Part shown: positions 1-7,450 of the stretch, piece after piece
Layout: each line of letters opens with the position of its first letter
Numbering within the stretch: the stretch's first letter is position 1
Assembly (NCBI RefSeq): GCF_000009705.1
Contig: NC_003272.1
Span: 2,700,001 to 2,732,000, forward strand
DNA from: Nostoc sp. PCC 7120 = FACHB-418
GTDB lineage: Bacteria; Cyanobacteriota; Cyanobacteriia; Cyanobacteriales; Nostocaceae
DNA length: 32,000 bases
Direction of reading: 5' to 3'
Translations under genes and position numbers: made by a program
The notes under the pieces: model-generated
Seen by the model: the letters and a program-made list of their open reading frames with translations, nothing else
Database searches by the model: none
Told to the model about the DNA's origin: nothing

Positions 1-303
1 TCTCTCCACAAGTATTTCTAAAAAGTAACTATATTTTGCTTTAAATTCCAACAACAATTTTTGAGCATCCAACGCCTGAACACTCAAGTTAGGTAAGTCT
101 GTTACTGCTAATGCAATATCTTTAACTTCTGATTGCAATACATCCCCTAAAGAATGTGCAGGATCTGTAGAAATTAACAGAATTTTTTCTTGAGGAAACT
201 TTCTGGCCCAATAACGTGCAAAGCTGCAAGATATGGTAGTTTTACCAACCCCACCTTTGCCGCTAAACATAACTAGATGCAATGAATCATAGTAGTCCAT
301 CAT
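1..303 (-). CDS. ArsA/Get3-family P-loop ATPase, first 101 codons only (gene runs off the window start)
   Basis: My own minus-strand translation from the ATG at 303 gives MMDYYDSLHLVMFSGKGGVGKTTISCSFARYWARKFPQEKILLISTDPAHSLGDVLQ... It carries the deviant Walker A GKGGVGKT and the STDPAHSL signature of ArsA/Get3. It is missing from the ORF track because it is open at the window edge. Confidence 0.8.
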   Translation of the reverse strand, partial: MMDYYDSLHLVMFSGKGGVGKTTISCSFARYWARKFPQEKILLISTDPAHSLGDVLQSEVKDIALAVTDLPNLSVQALDAQKLLLEFKAKYSYFLEILVER

Positions 304-340
304 GAAATTAAAAATTCCTTGATAAATTTATTAGTAGAAA

Positions 341-1024
341 TTAAACAAAGTGATAGGGTGGTAGAGGTTCTCCCAAGATTAAATTCCAATGAGGGCATTT
401 TTCTTGTAGCGTTAACACTTGTTTGAAGAGTAAAGTTTTATCATGGCGATCAACTAAAAGATGAAGCCGTACTTCTTCTACATAATCTTGAATGATCGCA
501 GATGAGCGATAAACATCCATTATTAAATTGATCAGATGATTTTTCTCCCTATTTTGATCACCAATAAAGTTTTTTTGATGTTCATAATGTAGTTTTTTCG
601 CCAAAAAGTAATCTCTGCCATTTCCCCCTGATACCTTAGCGAGTTCTTCAAATTTACGAGGAATGAGCTTTAAAGTATATTCAGTTTTTCCTTGAATATG
701 ATCGAGTTTCTTTTGATATTCCTGAGCATGAGACTCTATATGATTTAGTAATGTCTCTTCGGAATTGAAATAAGTGCCAAAACGTAGAGGTAAAACTGTT
801 GTCTGCTGAGATAGCTCACAAATGACGCGATCGTGAGCTAAAACCATCTTGATAACTTCCTCGTCATTATTTTGGCTAGATTCTAAGGATATTCCCGGTT
901 CCACGACGGCTGAGAGCTTATGGCCATGAATCAGGAGTAATTGACCCAGATTGCCAGATGGTAGACGTAAAGGAATATCAGGAGTATTTAGAAAAGCATA
1001 AGTGTAAAAATTTGGCGATCGCAT
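341..1024 (-). CDS. Gas vesicle protein of the GvpF/GvpL family, the second paralogue in the cluster (it sits where gvpW/gvpL is found)
   Basis: 227 aa with an ATG start. The N-terminus YTYAFLNTP...GQLLLIHGHKLSAVVEP...VLAHDRVICEL...VLPLRFGTYF follows the GvpF/L pattern (YvYg...H..V......vLP.RFG) and parallels the ORF at 2009-2743. It lies next to the gvp operon. Confidence 0.8.
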   Translation of the reverse strand: MRSPNFYTYAFLNTPDIPLRLPSGNLGQLLLIHGHKLSAVVEPGISLESSQNNDEEVIKMVLAHDRVICELSQQTTVLPLRFGTYFNSEETLLNHIESHAQEYQKKLDHIQGKTEYTLKLIPRKFEELAKVSGGNGRDYFLAKKLHYEHQKNFIGDQNREKNHLINLIMDVYRSSAIIQDYVEEVRLHLLVDRHDKTLLFKQVLTLQEKCPHWNLILGEPLPPYHFV

Positions 1025-1150
1025 TATTCCACCCAGGTAAAAAAACTTAAATATTCTATTTTATTGCTGCCAGAACAAATATCTTGTCATAGAAATATAA
1101 AAACATCTGAATTTGATTAAACTATTTACATCTTTAAAATCTTAGTTATA

Positions 1151-1492
1151 ATGCTATCAATTATTCAGGTATTTCCAATGACAAAAGTACGTAATCGGGG
1201 CATAATCAGACCTAAAATCACTACAATGCCTAGAAATAAATCTGAGGCTTCCAGTCAATTAGAACTTTACAAATTAGTAACAGAACAACAGAGAATTAAA
1301 CAAGAGTTGGCTTTTATCGAACAGAGGACAGTACTACTTAAGCAACGATTATCTACGCTTAAAACCCAGATAGAAGGTACAGAAAGGAGTATTAATCATT
1401 TGCGTCATTCTGAGCTAAAATATTCTCGGATAGCACTACCAAAAATATTCAGTGAAACTAATAATTACCAAGCATTTGATATCGAATATTAA
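1151..1492 (+). CDS. Small coiled-coil protein encoded opposite to the gvp genes; possibly GvpV
   Basis: 113 aa with an ATG at 1151 (alternative ATGs at 1178 and 1226). A heptad-like segment reads LELYKLVTEQQRIKQELAFIEQRTVLLKQRLSTLKTQIEG. A canonical intrinsic terminator follows directly. The GvpV assignment rests only on position and size relative to described cyanobacterial clusters (gvpG-gvpV-gvpW), recalled from memory. Confidence 0.45.
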   Translation: MLSIIQVFPMTKVRNRGIIRPKITTMPRNKSEASSQLELYKLVTEQQRIKQELAFIEQRTVLLKQRLSTLKTQIEGTERSINHLRHSELKYSRIALPKIFSETNNYQAFDIEY

Positions 1493-1498
1493 ACTATT

Positions 1499-1520
1499 AA
1501 CCCGCGAAAGCGGGTTTTTA
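1499..1520 (+). terminator. Rho-independent terminator (aacccgc-gaaa-gcgggtt, then T run)
   Basis: GC-rich stem cccgc/gcggg extended by aa/tt, GAAA tetraloop and a TTTTT tail, 7 nt after the stop of the 1151-1492 ORF. It lies between convergent genes, so it may also stop gvpG read-through. Confidence 0.65.
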
Positions 1521-1617
1521 ATAGTTTAATTTAACTGATTAAGTAGCTAAGTGTACATAAATCAAAGTTTGTAAGAAAAACTTGTCCCTGAGCGCTGCAA
1601 ATCAAAATAACACTTAA

Positions 1618-1995
1618 TCAAGGTGATAAAACTAAATCCTCTTTATCTTCGTATTCCTCGCTAAATCTAGATTGGTCTTGATAAACTGGATTTTCTTCAG
1701 ATGCTAATATAAAAATAGGTTGCACATCTAAATCATCATCTTCCTCAGACTCTGCATTGAGGCGCTCTTCTGCTTCTAAAGCTTGAATTTTCAAGAGAAT
1801 CTCTTCTTCTTGTATATCAAATTCTTCTTCAGAAATTTCACCCATATCAAATTTTAATTGCAGACTTAATAATTGCTTATGTAGATTTTCTTGAGCATCA
1901 AATTCAGTATTGGTACGTTCTTGAATTTGTTCTCCAATCCACATAAGTCCATTAATTGGCCCCATAACAGGCAATAACAAGATTTTACCTAGCAT
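1618..1995 (-). CDS. gvpG: Gas vesicle protein GvpG
   Basis: The track ORF 1618-2088 overlaps gvpF by 80 nt. The internal ATG at 1995 gives MLGKILLLPVMGPINGLMWIGEQIQERTN...GEISEEEF, the conserved GvpG N-terminus, and a GGAG sits 8-13 nt upstream. The C-terminal tail is acidic. Confidence 0.85.
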   Translation of the reverse strand: MLGKILLLPVMGPINGLMWIGEQIQERTNTEFDAQENLHKQLLSLQLKFDMGEISEEEFDIQEEEILLKIQALEAEERLNAESEEDDDLDVQPIFILASEENPVYQDQSRFSEEYEDKEDLVLSP

Positions 1996-2008
1996 TGTAT
2001 AACTCCTA

Positions 2009-2743
2009 TCAAGAAATTTGAGCAAATGTATAAGGTGCTGTAAAGTTGTTGTAGCGAATGCGTAAACGTTCATCGAATTTGTGATCAATAGATTCGACTT
2101 GTTGGCTAAATATAGATTCGTTTTCCCAAGGGATCAAAAATGCCGCATTATAAATCATGTCTTCTGTCATTGGATCACTTTCAATAACCTCATCTGCTAA
2201 GGGTTTTAGCTCATCAAAAAAGACTTGAATTATAGATTCCTTGCGACTTAGTAAATTACTTTCAATTAATTGTCCAATGTGTATTACCTCCTCCATACTT
2301 AATGCCTTTCCTTCCATTTGGTCGCGCTTCTGCTTTAAGTCTTGATGAGAATCCATCATTGCTTGTAATTCAGCTTTGCTATCCCAAAAAATCTTCACAC
2401 TAACCTCCCGTCTCCCAGCTAATTTCTGGAATAGCTCTCTTAATTGTGCTTTATATGGTTGAAGTAGTTGTGTAACTACCGTTTCCCAATTTTTGACAAC
2501 TAATCCAAAACGCAAGGGTAACAAAGTTCTAAATCCAGCGTGCATCGCTTGTTCTAACACCTTTTCATGGCTGATTAAATTCCGCCGAGATGCTAAATAT
2601 TTTTCTTGTTTTGCTTCTGAATATAAAAACGTAAATCCATCAATAATTTGACTATAGACCAGTTGAGAATCCAATCCTTGAAGAGTAACTGTTTCTGGGA
2701 TTGGGTCGGGAAAAATACCGTATAGATAAAGACCAGAACTCAT
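2009..2743 (-). CDS. gvpF: Gas vesicle protein GvpF
   Basis: The track start at 2752 is a TTG. The first ATG at 2743 gives MSSGLYLYGIFPDP...HEKVLEQAM...LLPLRFGLVV, the GvpF/L family pattern. The stop lies 13 nt before the gvpG start. Confidence 0.85.
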   Translation of the reverse strand: MSSGLYLYGIFPDPIPETVTLQGLDSQLVYSQIIDGFTFLYSEAKQEKYLASRRNLISHEKVLEQAMHAGFRTLLPLRFGLVVKNWETVVTQLLQPYKAQLRELFQKLAGRREVSVKIFWDSKAELQAMMDSHQDLKQKRDQMEGKALSMEEVIHIGQLIESNLLSRKESIIQVFFDELKPLADEVIESDPMTEDMIYNAAFLIPWENESIFSQQVESIDHKFDERLRIRYNNFTAPYTFAQIS

Positions 2744-2840
2744 AAAATTCAAAATTCAATTAGGGTGAGAATTGCCCGTGATGCGTAGATTAAGGTGGGT
2801 ATTACCCACCTGACTTTCCTCTGTTCTCTTTTACTTATAA

Positions 2841-3314
2841 TTACAACGGTCTTGAGGTTAAAACTAAGCGCAATTTAGCGTGAATGAGATTGAGTTGAGC
2901 TAAACCTAAATCTATTTCACCATCTACAACAATTCCTGTGTTTAATAGACGGTCTAGCAGTTCCAGCACAGAAGGTTTATTTCCTATCTCACCCGGATAA
3001 TAAGATCCTGGGGAAGGTAAAAGAGTACCAACATCACCTAAATTTATATTTAAGTCTGCGGGTTCAATCTCAAAAATATGACACAGATTTAGAACTTGTT
3101 CTTCTAGTTTTTGCAAACTTTCACTTGCTTGTTCTAGCTCAGATTCGCTAAGACAGTCCTGTTCCATGCGCCGAATTACTTGTGCCTCCATCAGCTGGCG
3201 TATTAGTTCCACTACAGTCAAAAGTAAAGGAGCTAAACCTGCTTTGCTGTTAGCTTTAGAAGTGGTAGGTAGCAAATTAGGGGACTTTTCAACTGGAGTA
3301 CAAACCATTGTCAT
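2841..3314 (-). CDS. gvpK: Gas vesicle protein GvpK
   Basis: GLAPLLLTVVELIRQLMEAQVIRRMEQDCLSESELEQASESL...DLNINLGDVG matches the conserved GvpK core. The track start at 3371 is a TTG. I prefer the ATG at 3314 (MTMVCTP..., 157 aa), but the start remains uncertain. Confidence 0.8.
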   Translation of the reverse strand: MTMVCTPVEKSPNLLPTTSKANSKAGLAPLLLTVVELIRQLMEAQVIRRMEQDCLSESELEQASESLQKLEEQVLNLCHIFEIEPADLNINLGDVGTLLPSPGSYYPGEIGNKPSVLELLDRLLNTGIVVDGEIDLGLAQLNLIHAKLRLVLTSRPL

Positions 3315-3433
3315 GATGCTATCTACCTTTTCTAAATTTCTTGAATTCGATTCAATCCAGGCTAATCCCAATTCAAAATCCAGAAAATTGCTATAAATTT
3401 AACCTGGGTTACTTGGGGATTTCCAGAATCTGA

Positions 3434-3880
3434 CTAAGCCTCAAGTTGGGAGTTATCTCCTTCTTGACTATTTACTTCATACATTGGTTGTAAATCTTCT
3501 GGATTGTTAGCTGTTAATGTCGTTTCTTCTTTCGCCGCAGACGTGAGTAAACGTAGTTGTGTTTCTAGACTTTCTAGCCGTTGTTGCAGTTGTTGGTTTT
3601 CTTCAACTAAGCGTTGCGATTTGCTACTGAGATAGGGGTCATTTTCCCACCAATTGATACCCATCTCACGGGCTTTATCAACTGAAGAAATTAACAGGCG
3701 AATCCTAATATGTATGAGTTCAGTTGAGGCAATAGATATAGAAATATCACCAGCAATCACAATACCTTTATCCAAAACTCTTTCGAGAATATCCGCTAAG
3801 GTAGAACCTTGTGTAGAAGTGGGAATTACTCGATTTGAGTTAGTCTGAGGACGTGTTGGGTGTATGGGGGTAGTAGTCAC
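3434..3880 (-). CDS. gvpJ: Gas vesicle protein GvpJ (GvpA-family paralogue with a coiled-coil C-terminal extension)
   Basis: [45 protein letters not shown] is the GvpA/J/M core. The GTG start overlaps the gvpN TGA stop (GTGA), which implies translational coupling. Confidence 0.85.
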   Translation of the reverse strand: MTTTPIHPTRPQTNSNRVIPTSTQGSTLADILERVLDKGIVIAGDISISIASTELIHIRIRLLISSVDKAREMGINWWENDPYLSSKSQRLVEENQQLQQRLESLETQLRLLTSAAKEETTLTANNPEDLQPMYEVNSQEGDNSQLEA

Positions 3881-5109
3881 GATTGATTCGGCTCTTCAAT
3901 GGTATATACATGATTGTTCTTGCTTACTAAGCCTTTCTGCTCTAAAGAGTTGAGAGCATTGGTGGCTACAGTCCGGCTGAGTTCAAATTCCTGTTGAACT
4001 AGAGCTAAGGCTGCACTCTTGTACTGTTGTAAGTAGAGATAAATTTCCTGCTCAAATGGAATAGAATCTTCTACACCTGGTTGTTCGAGAACTTCAGAAT
4101 CAAGAGTACCAAAATGAGAATCGATGATGGTGGGAAACCCGCCTTCTGCGATCGCATCTGTATCCTCTGGTATAATACTGTTCTTGAACTCCTCTATTTG
4201 CTGTAAGTCTAGATGGTTCAGTAATTCGAGGAAAATCGTTGCAGCTTCGCTAGCAGACCAATTCGTACGGTTGAACAACACATCTGCACAGATTTCTCGA
4301 AAATCAGAGCTTTGTGGCGAAACTAAAATATTGTGTTCGGCACATACCTTAGCAATCATCAAACAAGACCGCAAGCCAGAAGTCTTCTCCCCACCTGTAC
4401 GTGAGCGAAATGCTTTTACTAATCGCACGATTAACAGAGCATCTGCTCTATTGAGTGCGGTTTTTTGAGCTAATATCTCGGTTTGAGTTAGCTCATCCGG
4501 CTCTGGCATATTAATAGTTACCAACCGATCCATTAAAGCATCCTGAGTCGAGTGGACTCCGCAGTACTCTTCTGGATTAGAAGTAAAAATAGCTCGAAAT
4601 TGGGGATTAACGTGCAAGTATTCTGGCTGATTACTACTAGGAGGAAGAGTCAGAATCTTTTCTTCTAAAGCTGAGAGTAACACGTTATTTACTTCTGGTC
4701 TAGAACGGTTAAATTCATCGTAGACCAAGGTGAAACCTTCTCTACAAGCTAGAGTTAGTCTAGAATCAACCCAATTTTGTTTAAATTCATCTTCGACTTT
4801 AAGAACACTGTGAATGTAATTGTCCAGTAACTTTTTATGGGTATAACCGGATTCACTACCAATCAAATCAGAACTTTTAAATTCATCATCTCCGAAAATC
4901 AACATGATTGGTCGATCCAAACAGTTAGCCAAGTGCATGGCTAAAGTCGTTTTCCCTGTACCGGCTGGGCCTCGTAAGTGAATAGCAAATCCTGATGTGA
5001 GATAACGTAACGCCCGAATTGCTACCTGCTCAATTGCAGGTGTAACGACAAATTGACCGGGACGGACGCGCAGAACAGCTCTTTTCTTGTTATTTGCAGT
5101 CAGAGTCAT
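3877..5109 (-). CDS. gvpN: Gas vesicle AAA+ ATPase GvpN with an extra C-terminal winged-helix-like segment
   Basis: ATG start. Walker A is [15 protein letters not shown] and Walker B-like is [14 protein letters not shown]. Its position after gvpC is typical of cyanobacteria. See the findings for the C-terminal roughly 110 aa. Confidence 0.9.
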   Translation of the reverse strand: MTLTANNKKRAVLRVRPGQFVVTPAIEQVAIRALRYLTSGFAIHLRGPAGTGKTTLAMHLANCLDRPIMLIFGDDEFKSSDLIGSESGYTHKKLLDNYIHSVLKVEDEFKQNWVDSRLTLACREGFTLVYDEFNRSRPEVNNVLLSALEEKILTLPPSSNQPEYLHVNPQFRAIFTSNPEEYCGVHSTQDALMDRLVTINMPEPDELTQTEILAQKTALNRADALLIVRLVKAFRSRTGGEKTSGLRSCLMIAKVCAEHNILVSPQSSDFREICADVLFNRTNWSASEAATIFLELLNHLDLQQIEEFKNSIIPEDTDAIAEGGFPTIIDSHFGTLDSEVLEQPGVEDSIPFEQEIYLYLQQYKSAALALVQQEFELSRTVATNALNSLEQKGLVSKNNHVYTIEEPNQS

Positions 5110-5535
5110 AGATTAGGATGATGAACAATTACTTTGCCAGACAAAAAAATTAGATCCTCAATATTGCAATTCGTAACTTTGATATGCTACGATTGGTAAA
5201 TAAGGTATCAATAACGAAAGCTCATTTTATTAGTTCCCAAAAGTGAACTAAATAAACAACCTCTAGTCTCGATAACTTCCTTGCAATAAATTAATAGATA
5301 GCATAGGATATCTAAAGTTTTATACTAAAACTCATTGTTGAATCTGCCCCCTTTTCTGACCAGTTGTTTAACTGTAAGATTAGGGGGTTTTACTATTTAG
5401 TCTAATTCGCCAACAGATTACCAATTCTCGAAAATAGATCTACAAATGGGTAGCACGGAGCAGGAGAAACCGATCTGTAGACTTAAATTTTAGAGAAAGG
5501 GTGTTAACTCCTTTAGTTAGAGTTTTGACTGATGA

Positions 5536-5925
5536 CTAAAATGTGCCAAAAATACTAGCAAACAAATCCTTACGAAATTGTTGCAGATATTGACTTTGTG
5601 CTTTGGCTTGCTCAGTTCTGTTTTTTGCTGTTTCTGCTAGAAACTCTTGGGTGGTCTGTTCTAGATTTTGGTGAAACTTATGCAAAAAATTTGCCTGTGC
5701 TTCAGCTTGAGCAACCCTTTGTGTTGTGGTTTCTGTTAAAAACTCGTGGGTTGTCTGCTCCAGATTTTGGTGGAACTGATGTAGCTGTTGCGCTTGCTGT
5801 TTGGCTTGCTCTTGTCTGTGTGCTGTTGTAGCGGACAAGAATTCATGAGTCTCTCTAAATAGTTGAGTTACTTCCTCAGCTATCGACCGATGCTCTTGCC
5901 GGATTCTTACCATTAAAGCCGTCAT
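5536..5925 (-). CDS. gvpC: Gas vesicle outer-surface protein GvpC, three 33-residue repeats
   Basis: 129 aa, with GGAG upstream of the ATG. The repeats are ..[26 protein letters not shown] / [33 protein letters not shown] / [34 protein letters not shown] 99-nt DNA periodicity is visible around 5600-5830. Confidence 0.85.
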   Translation of the reverse strand: MTALMVRIRQEHRSIAEEVTQLFRETHEFLSATTAHRQEQAKQQAQQLHQFHQNLEQTTHEFLTETTTQRVAQAEAQANFLHKFHQNLEQTTQEFLAETAKNRTEQAKAQSQYLQQFRKDLFASIFGTF

Positions 5926-5961
5926 GAGGTTCTCCGCAATATTATGACAATCGTCAATTAA

Positions 5962-5998
5962 CTACATTTACTGGATAACGGCTATCCAATAAATGTAG
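5962..5998 (-). promoter_or_regulatory. Strong stem-loop in the gvpA-gvpC spacer
   Basis: ctacattta-c-tggata-acggc-tatcca-a-taaatgtag gives 15 bp of pairing around one C/A mismatch with a 5-nt loop. It may be a processing, stability or attenuation element. Confidence 0.4.
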
Positions 5999-6084
5999 CT
6001 AAAACAATACTTATACTTACGCTTTGTCCCTTGATAAATCTGATTGGAAAGCATCAAAATACTTGCCAAAAACAGATTATAAAC

Positions 6085-6116
6085 CAGAATTATTTAAGTA
6101 ATAATTCTGATTTTTT
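6085..6116 (+). terminator. Hairpin plus T6, terminator-like on the plus strand (antisense to the gvp operon)
   Basis: cagaattatt-taagt-aataattctg is a perfect 10-bp stem, followed by a-tttttt on the plus strand. On the minus strand it sits 16 nt downstream of the gvpA copy 1 stop but lacks an immediate U run. Confidence 0.35.
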
Positions 6117-6131
6117 ACACCTACTTAATAA

Positions 6132-6347
6132 TTAAGCAGGCATAGCGGCGGATTGTGTTAGACCTACAGCTTCTGCATATTTCAGGTAGGTTTCAACGGA
6201 AGCAATGACGATACGAGCTTCGATTGCAAGTAGTTCAATACCAACTAGAGAAACACGTACCCAAGCATCTACGACGATACCTTTATCTAAGATACGGTCA
6301 ATAACTTCTGCCAAGCTTGAAGAAGAATTGGTTTTTTCGACTGCCAT
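6132..6347 (-). CDS. gvpA: Major gas vesicle structural protein GvpA (copy 1, proximal to gvpC)
   Basis: 71 aa: [71 protein letters not shown], the canonical cyanobacterial GvpA. Confidence 0.95.
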   Translation of the reverse strand: MAVEKTNSSSSLAEVIDRILDKGIVVDAWVRVSLVGIELLAIEARIVIASVETYLKYAEAVGLTQSAAMPA

Positions 6348-6397
6348 GATTTTGTACCTTAAGCTATTGTTGTGTTTACATTTATCTGGTCGGGAGT

Positions 6398-6435
6398 AGA
6401 ATATCTTAATTTCCTATTAAGAATTAAGATATTCT
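6398..6435 (-). promoter_or_regulatory. AT-rich 12-bp perfect hairpin between the two gvpA copies
   Basis: gaatatcttaat-(12 nt)-attaagatattc lies directly downstream of the gvpA copy 2 stop. Confidence 0.35.
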
Positions 6436-6451
6436 CGAATCTACTTAATAA

Positions 6452-6667
6452 TTAAGCAGGCATAGCGGCGGATTGTGTTAGACCTACAGCTTCTGCATAT
6501 TTCAGGTAGGTTTCAACGGAAGCAATGACGATACGAGCTTCGATTGCAAGTAGTTCAATACCAACTAGAGAAACACGTACCCAAGCATCTACAACGATAC
6601 CTTTATCTAAGATACGGTCAATAACTTCTGCCAAGCTTGAAGAAGAATTAGTTTTTTCGACTGCCAT
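6452..6667 (-). CDS. gvpA: Major gas vesicle structural protein GvpA (copy 2, promoter-proximal)
   Basis: The protein is identical to copy 1 when started at the ATG at 6667. The track's 99-aa version begins at an upstream GTG (6751) and adds a non-conserved extension. Confidence 0.95.
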   Translation of the reverse strand: MAVEKTNSSSSLAEVIDRILDKGIVVDAWVRVSLVGIELLAIEARIVIASVETYLKYAEAVGLTQSAAMPA

Positions 6668-7131
6668 TATTTTAGACCTTAACTCATTGTTGATTGTTTT
6701 AGTATTAAGCTCGGCGTTCGCTTTACTCGCTACTGAATTAATATTAGACACAGGTTTTTCGGATGTAAATACTTTGCAAGTATAAAAAGCTTTAAAAAAT
6801 GTAAAGACGAAAATAATTTAACACTAAATGAGAGTTTTAATGTTGATTATATGTTTATTTTGCATAGGTTTTTATGCGAATGTAAGTTTTAAATTGCAAC
6901 ATTGTTTGTTTTGTATACTTTGACGTAAACTTTAAAAATTAGTCAGGCTTTACAATTATTTTCCGGAAAAATATAAGTTTGTGGTGTCACCTTTCTTTGA
7001 CGGGTAATTTAATCAGTAAATACACAGTAATTTTTTCTAAATCTGTTTTTTAAATTAGGTAGTATTGCTATTACTTAAATCTTTAGGAAATAACATAGGA
7101 TATCTTCAATAATTATTTTGAGACAAAAACA

Positions 7132-7398
7132 ATGTCTATAGAAGCTACTTCTGATCCAGTACGCCAAGAAGCCTTCGCCGGCTTAATTGCTCATTTCGTG
7201 AATCAAGGTCATCCAGTCCAATATGCTCAATCAATGGCAACTGCCATTATTTTTCAAACAGACCTAGATTTAAGAAATGCCCAACTGTCCCGTCTTTTAA
7301 ACTGGTTGAAACAGGAACACCAAGAGATATATGCTTCTTCTCTGGTTATAGTTGAAAAAACCCGTGAGGAATTTGAACACCGGGTTCAAGAAGGTTAG
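7132..7398 (+). CDS. Hypothetical 88-aa protein, divergent from gvpA
   Basis: ATG start, non-repetitive and balanced composition, followed by a perfect 10-bp hairpin. I recognise no family. Confidence 0.5.
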   Translation: MSIEATSDPVRQEAFAGLIAHFVNQGHPVQYAQSMATAIIFQTDLDLRNAQLSRLLNWLKQEHQEIYASSLVIVEKTREEFEHRVQEG

Positions 7399-7427
7399 TT
7401 CCAATAGTACTTGTCAGCTTAGATTCA

Positions 7428-7450
7428 CAGACTAAGTAAAACTTAGTCTG
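7428..7450 (+). terminator. Hairpin after the 7132-7398 ORF
   Basis: cagactaagt-aaa-acttagtctg is a perfect 10-bp stem 30 nt after the stop. There is no clear T tract, so its terminator function is uncertain. Confidence 0.35.

Larger units (their letters stand above)
6121..6692. repeat. Tandem direct duplication of the gvpA unit (320-bp period)
   Basis: 6121-6347 and 6441-6667 differ at only two positions, 6273/6593 and 6330/6650, both synonymous. Similarity decays within about 30 nt upstream of each ATG. Confidence 0.9.

Noticed and set aside
1996-2088. The upstream extension of gvpG, and the TTG-initiated extensions of gvpF (2744-2752) and gvpK (3315-3371).
   Set aside because: These are artefacts of taking the first ATG/GTG/TTG in frame. 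The internal ATGs restore the conserved N-termini and remove the 80-nt gvpF/gvpG overlap. The gvpK start is the least certain of the three.
3166-3396. Plus-strand track ORFs lying antisense inside gvp genes: 3166-3396, 3654-3848, 4124-4468, 5598-5831, 6205-6399 and 6525-6785.
   Set aside because: Each is fully overlapped by a strongly supported gvp gene on the other strand. Their translations are low in complexity with no family resemblance. The 6205 and 6525 pair simply mirrors the gvpA duplication.
6668-6751. A 28-aa N-terminal extension of gvpA copy 2 (the 99-aa track ORF).
   Set aside because: It starts at a GTG and has no counterpart in copy 1 or in canonical 71-aa GvpA. The ATG at 6667 gives a protein identical to copy 1.
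6780-7131. NtcA-type sites (GTA-N8-TAC) upstream of gvpA.
   Set aside because: The nearest candidates have the wrong spacing. For example, GTA-ttgctat-TAC near 7060 is N7. No canonical site was found.
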